Shown one piece after another: positions 59,811-64,000 of a stretch of 64,000 nt of DNA (within the stretch, counting starts at the first letter, position 1; the number at the start of each line of letters is the position of its first letter). The stretch is from assembly GCA_014360195.1 (NCBI GenBank), contig JACIXY010000001.1, positions 305,714 to 369,713 on the forward strand, given 5' to 3'. This DNA comes from Bacillota bacterium. Lineage in GTDB: Bacteria > Bacillota > SHA-98 > UBA4971. The notes under the pieces were generated by a model. It made no database searches. It saw only the letters and a program-made list of their open reading frames with translations, and had not been told where the DNA came from. Both the position numbers and the translations under genes were made by a program.

Positions 59811-60305
59811 GTGCCTGTTGAGATCGTGAACCTTCAGGACAGGATCGAGATCACCGGGGAGCTTTTAGCCGCACTGGATCGCGCGGTGACGGTCGGGCTT
59901 GCCCGCGAGGGAATGGACCCCGTGGGGGTCGAGGTGAGCATAGCCCTTCTGGATGACGAGCGAATCCGCGAACTCAACAGGAAGTTCCGCGGGAAGGACA
60001 CGCCCACTGACGTGCTGTCCTTCGGAATGGATGACCAGGACGTGCCGGAGGATGTGGCCATCCTCGGCGACATAGTGATCTCGCTGGAGACGGCCGCTCG
60101 CGAGGCACCGGAGACGGGAGGCCTTACCCGCCATGTGGTGGTCCTCGCCATCCACGGTCTTCTGCATCTCCTCGGGTACGATCACGAGAACGACGAGGAT
60201 GCCGAGGAGATGGAGGCCCACGAGCGGGAGATCCTGGCGGAGGTCGCCCTGCCTGCCGCCACGGGTGGGGCTCCCGCCTGTCACGAGGGGAGTGACGGCC
60301 GGTGA
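59811..60305 (+). CDS. ybeY: rRNA maturation endoribonuclease YbeY
   Basis: PTDVLSF, LGDIVIS, HGLLHLLGYDH. Confidence 0.95.
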   Translation: MPVEIVNLQDRIEITGELLAALDRAVTVGLAREGMDPVGVEVSIALLDDERIRELNRKFRGKDTPTDVLSFGMDDQDVPEDVAILGDIVISLETAAREAPETGGLTRHVVVLAIHGLLHLLGYDHENDEDAEEMEAHEREILAEVALPAATGGAPACHEGSDGR

Positions 60306-60685
60306 AGACCAGGTCGCTCGGAGAGAGCTTTCGCTGCGCTGTGCAGGGCGTGAAGGCTGTGCTCTCCACCGAGCGCAACATGCGCATTCATTTCATCGCG
60401 GCCGCCTCTGTGCTGGCGGCCGCGGGTGCCCTCAGGGTATCGATGGTCGAGCTTGCGTGCCTCGCCCTTGCCATCGCCCTCGTCCTCATATGCGAGCTTG
60501 CTAACACTGCCCTCGAGCTCATCTGTAATATAGCCTGCCCTGCCTGGGAAATTCGGGTCAAGACCGTGAAGGACATAGCCGCGGGCACGGTGCTCGTAAG
60601 CGCGGCATGGGCGACCGTCGTGGGTGCCGCGGTCCTCGGGCCGAAACTTGTCCCCGTGGCCCGCGCCCTGCTCCGCCTCCTCTAA
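60302..60685 (+). CDS. dgkA: Diacylglycerol/undecaprenol kinase family
   Basis: ERNMRIH, ELANTALE, KDIAAG. Confidence 0.9.
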   Translation: MKTRSLGESFRCAVQGVKAVLSTERNMRIHFIAAASVLAAAGALRVSMVELACLALAIALVLICELANTALELICNIACPAWEIRVKTVKDIAAGTVLVSAAWATVVGAAVLGPKLVPVARALLRLL

Positions 60686-60881
60686 GTGAGGGTGCGAAAA
60701 TGCTTCCAGTTTTTTCGGAGGGGTTGCCGGTGATTGCACGAGAGGTGTCAAAATCCGGCCACTTGCCCGACGGGCCGGATTTTGGCGAGGCGCGCCCCGC
60801 TTGGGGCGCCGTCCCCGAGTGCAACACCGGCAACCCGGCAACTACTGGGAAAGGGACAAGGACTGACGCACCCTCACTTAG
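60682..60881. repeat. Palindromic MITE-like element, long core, arms A/B (200 bp)
   Basis: Perfect terminal IR CTAAGTGAGGGTGCG / CGCACCCTCACTTAG; inner IR GGGTTGCCGGTG/CACCGGCAACCC. Confidence 0.95.
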
Positions 60882-60897
60882 GTGCTTCCAGGGCGAG

Positions 60898-61785
60898 TTA
60901 CAGCACCCGACGCGCACCGATGTACTTCGGGCCGTAGTGTGGGTCGTCGAGATCGATGACGGCGACGCCGCGTGTCCTGGACCCCGATTGGATCACCCTG
61001 TGCTCGCCCATGTAGATGCCCACGTGGGATGCTCCTGCAGCGTATGTGGAGTAGAACACCAGGTCGCCCGGGCAAAGGTCCCCACGATCCACAGGCGTCC
61101 CGACCGCGTACTGTTCGTGAGCGTCGCGCGGAAGCACGATGCCGTTGACGTAGAACACCGTGTACACGAAGCCGGAGCAGTCCACACCGTCGGCGCTCAT
61201 GCCGCCCCAGAGGTATGGTACCCCCAGAAGCTGCATTGCCGTCTTGATGATGTCGTCCGCCCCCCGGCGCGGCGGCGTGCCGTCCCTGTCATAGAGGGCC
61301 ACAGCATCCTCGGCGATGTACCCGGACTTGCCGCCGGGGAAGGCCACCCGCACAAGCCTGCCGCGCCTTCCGAGAACGGCAAGGCGCGCGCCGAGAGTAA
61401 CGTGGGCCAGCGCCGGTCCGCCGCCCTGCTCGCTGCCGAACACGGGGGCTCTCGCAACCCGCACCACTGCGAGTTGCTTCGCGCTCGCGAAGGCTCCGGC
61501 TTCCCGTGCCGGCACGATAGCGGACTTCCTTATCCAGCCAGGGTAGTTCCCCTGCACTGGGATGCGCACCTTGGCCCAATCGCCCGCCTCGTCGATGACC
61601 ACGACCTCTGTGCCGAGGTGAGCTTGGGTGACGCGCTCTGCGCCGTCCGCAGGCTCGGCTCGCACATCAGCCGTCCCGCCACGTACGAACCAGCCTTCGT
61701 GAGACGATGCGCGCGCCTGTCCCTGTATTGCGGTAGAGAGGATCGCGAGCGCCAGAATAAGAGCTATCGTCGGCGAGTATGCCAT
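60898..61785 (-). CDS. Secreted NlpC/P60 peptidase with two SH3b domains (YkfC-like)
   Basis: Signal peptide, PYLWGG, DCSGF, LPRDA, HVGIY; ATG after AAGGAGGAG. Confidence 0.92.
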   Translation of the reverse strand: MAYSPTIALILALAILSTAIQGQARASSHEGWFVRGGTADVRAEPADGAERVTQAHLGTEVVVIDEAGDWAKVRIPVQGNYPGWIRKSAIVPAREAGAFASAKQLAVVRVARAPVFGSEQGGGPALAHVTLGARLAVLGRRGRLVRVAFPGGKSGYIAEDAVALYDRDGTPPRRGADDIIKTAMQLLGVPYLWGGMSADGVDCSGFVYTVFYVNGIVLPRDAHEQYAVGTPVDRGDLCPGDLVFYSTYAAGASHVGIYMGEHRVIQSGSRTRGVAVIDLDDPHYGPKYIGARRVL

Positions 61786-61964
61786 GGCAAACTCCTCCTT
61801 ACGGCGGACCGAGGTGCCCCTCGTCCGCCCACCGCCCACCCTCACATAGTCCATACTATACGCCGCCGCAGCGTTGAGTCCTTGTGGCCCCGATCTGGCT
61901 TTTGTGGATACGGTGGCGGTTTTCTGCTATAATGGGGTCGAGTCGGGACGAGGAGGTTTCTGGC

Positions 61965-63005
61965 GTGCGAGAGCCTTCGGGTGCTGGGATGAGGACGCTC
62001 ATAGCAGTCCTTGTTCTTCTCATGGCTGCGAATGTGGCCATGCTGGCCCGGTCGCTCGATCTCCTGAGGTTTCCCGGGGAGATCACCGACACCGAGATAG
62101 TGCGCGGAGGGGCGAGAGCCCTTGCCGACTACTACGAATCGACCTGCGCGCATTCCGGCCTTGCCAGGAACTCGGCTGTAAGGGACGCTCTCGCGAAGTT
62201 CAAGTTCGAGATAGAGCAGGCCGTAAGCGGCGAAGAGATCGCGTCGGCCATCACGACGTACGGCAGGGCGGTGCAGGATATCATAGCGCGCGAGGAGGAG
62301 AACCAGCGGAGAGAGCTAGTCCTGTGGATCATAAGCCAGGATCCGGCCATAAGAAGCGTCACCGGGAAGACGGTGATCACGGTGGCGCGGGGCAAGGACG
62401 GCCAGGTCACAGTGGAAGGAAAGGACCTTGCTCTCTCGCCTGAGACGACGGCGAGGCTTCGGGCTGAGCCCACCCTCGCGAGCCTGTCCGGGCCTGTAGA
62501 GGTGGAGATCCTGAACGGCAAGGCGTCCCTGGTCGCCCCTAGAACGACGCAGGACGCTCTCAGGCTCCTCCAGGCTGAGCTCGACAACCTTCGCTCGGCG
62601 CTCGAGAGCCTGCGGCGCTCGGCAGGCTACAGCCCGCTGGAGGGGCAGGGTATCGTCGTCAGGGTGTACGACGCCCCGGGCGGGTACTCGAGGGAGGACA
62701 TGGTCCAGGAGAAGGACATCAGGGACATGGTCAACGAGTTGTTCGCGGCAGGCGCGTCGGGCGTGGAGGTAGGAGGCCAGAGGCTCGTAGCCACTTCGTC
62801 CATAAGGAGCGCGGGCCCGTTGCTCCTCGTGAACCAGCAGCCCATCGCGGTGAACCCCGTTGTCATCCGCGCCGTGGGGGACCCCGAGCTTCTTGCAAGT
62901 AGCCTCGAGCTCATCCGGAACAGCCTTAAACCGTGGGGCATACGCGTGGAGATCGAGAGACAGGATAATCTTGTGTTGAGCGCTTTCCGAAAGGAGGACC
63001 AGTAG
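61965..63005 (+). CDS. DUF881 domain membrane protein
   Basis: TM + coiled coil, AG...G.GIVV, DMVNELFAAGA, QRLVATSSIR, IRAVGDP. Confidence 0.82.
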   Translation: MREPSGAGMRTLIAVLVLLMAANVAMLARSLDLLRFPGEITDTEIVRGGARALADYYESTCAHSGLARNSAVRDALAKFKFEIEQAVSGEEIASAITTYGRAVQDIIAREEENQRRELVLWIISQDPAIRSVTGKTVITVARGKDGQVTVEGKDLALSPETTARLRAEPTLASLSGPVEVEILNGKASLVAPRTTQDALRLLQAELDNLRSALESLRRSAGYSPLEGQGIVVRVYDAPGGYSREDMVQEKDIRDMVNELFAAGASGVEVGGQRLVATSSIRSAGPLLLVNQQPIAVNPVVIRAVGDPELLASSLELIRNSLKPWGIRVEIERQDNLVLSAFRKEDQ

Positions 63006-63875
63006 GTGCTGATGCTCCGGGGCCTTTCGAGGTCAGAGAGACGGGACCAGGGCGAGGGCCGACAGCGCATGCTGCGGCTCCTTCTCGTGTGTGCCGCCCT
63101 TCTTCTCGCCCTCGACAGCGTGGCCCTCGCCCGCAGGATGTCGCTCTTTCGCTTCCCCGGGGAGATGGACGACCTGGAGATGGTGCGGCGCGGCGGGTAT
63201 GCGGTGGCGCTGCATCTCCGCTCCATTGCAGAGAAGGCTGGGGTGCAGGACGTACCGTATGTGAAGGATGCGCTCTCGCGCCTTGACGCTGCCATCGGGC
63301 TTGCAGCAAGCCCTGCCGAGGTTGCCAGGGCGCTTTGCGTAGAGGCCAGAGATGCAGAGGAGGCCCTCAGCTTCGCACGCGCCGGCTTCGCCTCGTGGTC
63401 CAGGGCTGAGCAGGAGAGGCAGGCGCGCCAGGACATCCAGAGGCTTCAGGAGCAGGTCAGGGCGCTGCGCGAGGGGCTTACGAGGCTGAGGGAGGCCGCC
63501 GGCGCAGCAGAGCTCGTTGGTCCGGGGGTGGTCGTGCGCGCCTACGACGCGCAGGACGGCTACCGGAGCCGCGAGATCGTCCATGAGAGGGACATCAAGG
63601 AGATCCTCAACCTCCTGTTCCATGCCGGGGCAAGAGGGGCCGAGGTGGGCGGGCAGCGCATCATCGCGCAGTCGTCGGTAAGATGCGCAGGTCCGGTCAT
63701 CCTCGTGAACCAGCAGCCTATTCCCGTGAACCCCGTGGTCATCGAGGCCGTAGGCGACCCACAGGCGCTCAGGCGCGCGCTCTCGGAGGTCAGCGCGAGA
63801 TTCGCACGCGATGGGAAGAGGCTCGAGGTAAGAGAGGAGACCACGGTGACCCTGGGGGCATACAAGAGACGCTAA
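63006..63875 (+). CDS. DUF881 domain membrane protein (paralog)
   Basis: GPGVVV, VHERD, NLLFHAGA, QRIIAQSSVRCAGP, IEAVGDP. Confidence 0.82.
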   Translation: MLMLRGLSRSERRDQGEGRQRMLRLLLVCAALLLALDSVALARRMSLFRFPGEMDDLEMVRRGGYAVALHLRSIAEKAGVQDVPYVKDALSRLDAAIGLAASPAEVARALCVEARDAEEALSFARAGFASWSRAEQERQARQDIQRLQEQVRALREGLTRLREAAGAAELVGPGVVVRAYDAQDGYRSREIVHERDIKEILNLLFHAGARGAEVGGQRIIAQSSVRCAGPVILVNQQPIPVNPVVIEAVGDPQALRRALSEVSARFARDGKRLEVREETTVTLGAYKRR

Positions 63876-63895
63876 AGAGGTTCGGAGGGGTCGGA

Positions 63896-64000
63896 ATGGA
63901 TCATGTCAGGCTGATCGAGCTTGCGAAGGGTGCGAGGGAGCGGGCGTATGCCCCGTACTCGCACTTTCCGGTGGGAGCCGCGCTCCTCGGACGAAGCGGG
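63896..64000 (+). CDS. cdd: Cytidine deaminase (5' part, cut by the window edge)
   Basis: ARERAYAPYSHFPVGAALL; GGAGG RBS. Confidence 0.92.
   Translation, partial: MDHVRLIELAKGARERAYAPYSHFPVGAALLGRSG

Overview
GC-rich (about 65% by eye) chromosomal core region of an anaerobic, endospore-forming member of the Bacillota (Firmicutes), possibly a diderm lineage. Almost all genes are on the + strand, in this order: rnfDGEAB, esterase, SASP, apbE, maf-radC-mreBCD-mrdA-minCDE-rodA, M23/spoIVFB, TIGR03960/TIGR03936 radical-SAM pair, rng, L21 leader-rplU-rpmA, obgE-nadD, RRM protein, rsfS, tRNA-Ala(GGC), comEA-comEC, an ABC importer with an embedded secreted PHP phosphoesterase, holA, rpsT, gpr-spoIIP, CIRCE-hrcA-(group III chaperonin)-grpE-dnaK-dnaJ-rsmE-mtaB-HIT, rpsU, nfeD-floA, yqfCD-phoH-7TM/HD-ybeY-dgkA, NlpC/P60, two DUF881 genes, and the start of cdd. 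The main unexplained signal is non-coding: a dense family of palindromic intergenic elements (8 complete copies of 126-200 bp plus 4 partial ones, about 1 per 5 kb). They have TA-flanked terminal inverted repeats, interchangeable arms, and a short or long structured core that occurs in both orientations relative to the arms. They supply the stop codons of 7 genes. No transposase is present in the window. Three unassigned structured leader/ncRNA candidates, an apparent ATA start for rsfS and loss of the Prp/L27-extension system are also noted. All calls come from reading the sequence; no database searches were run.
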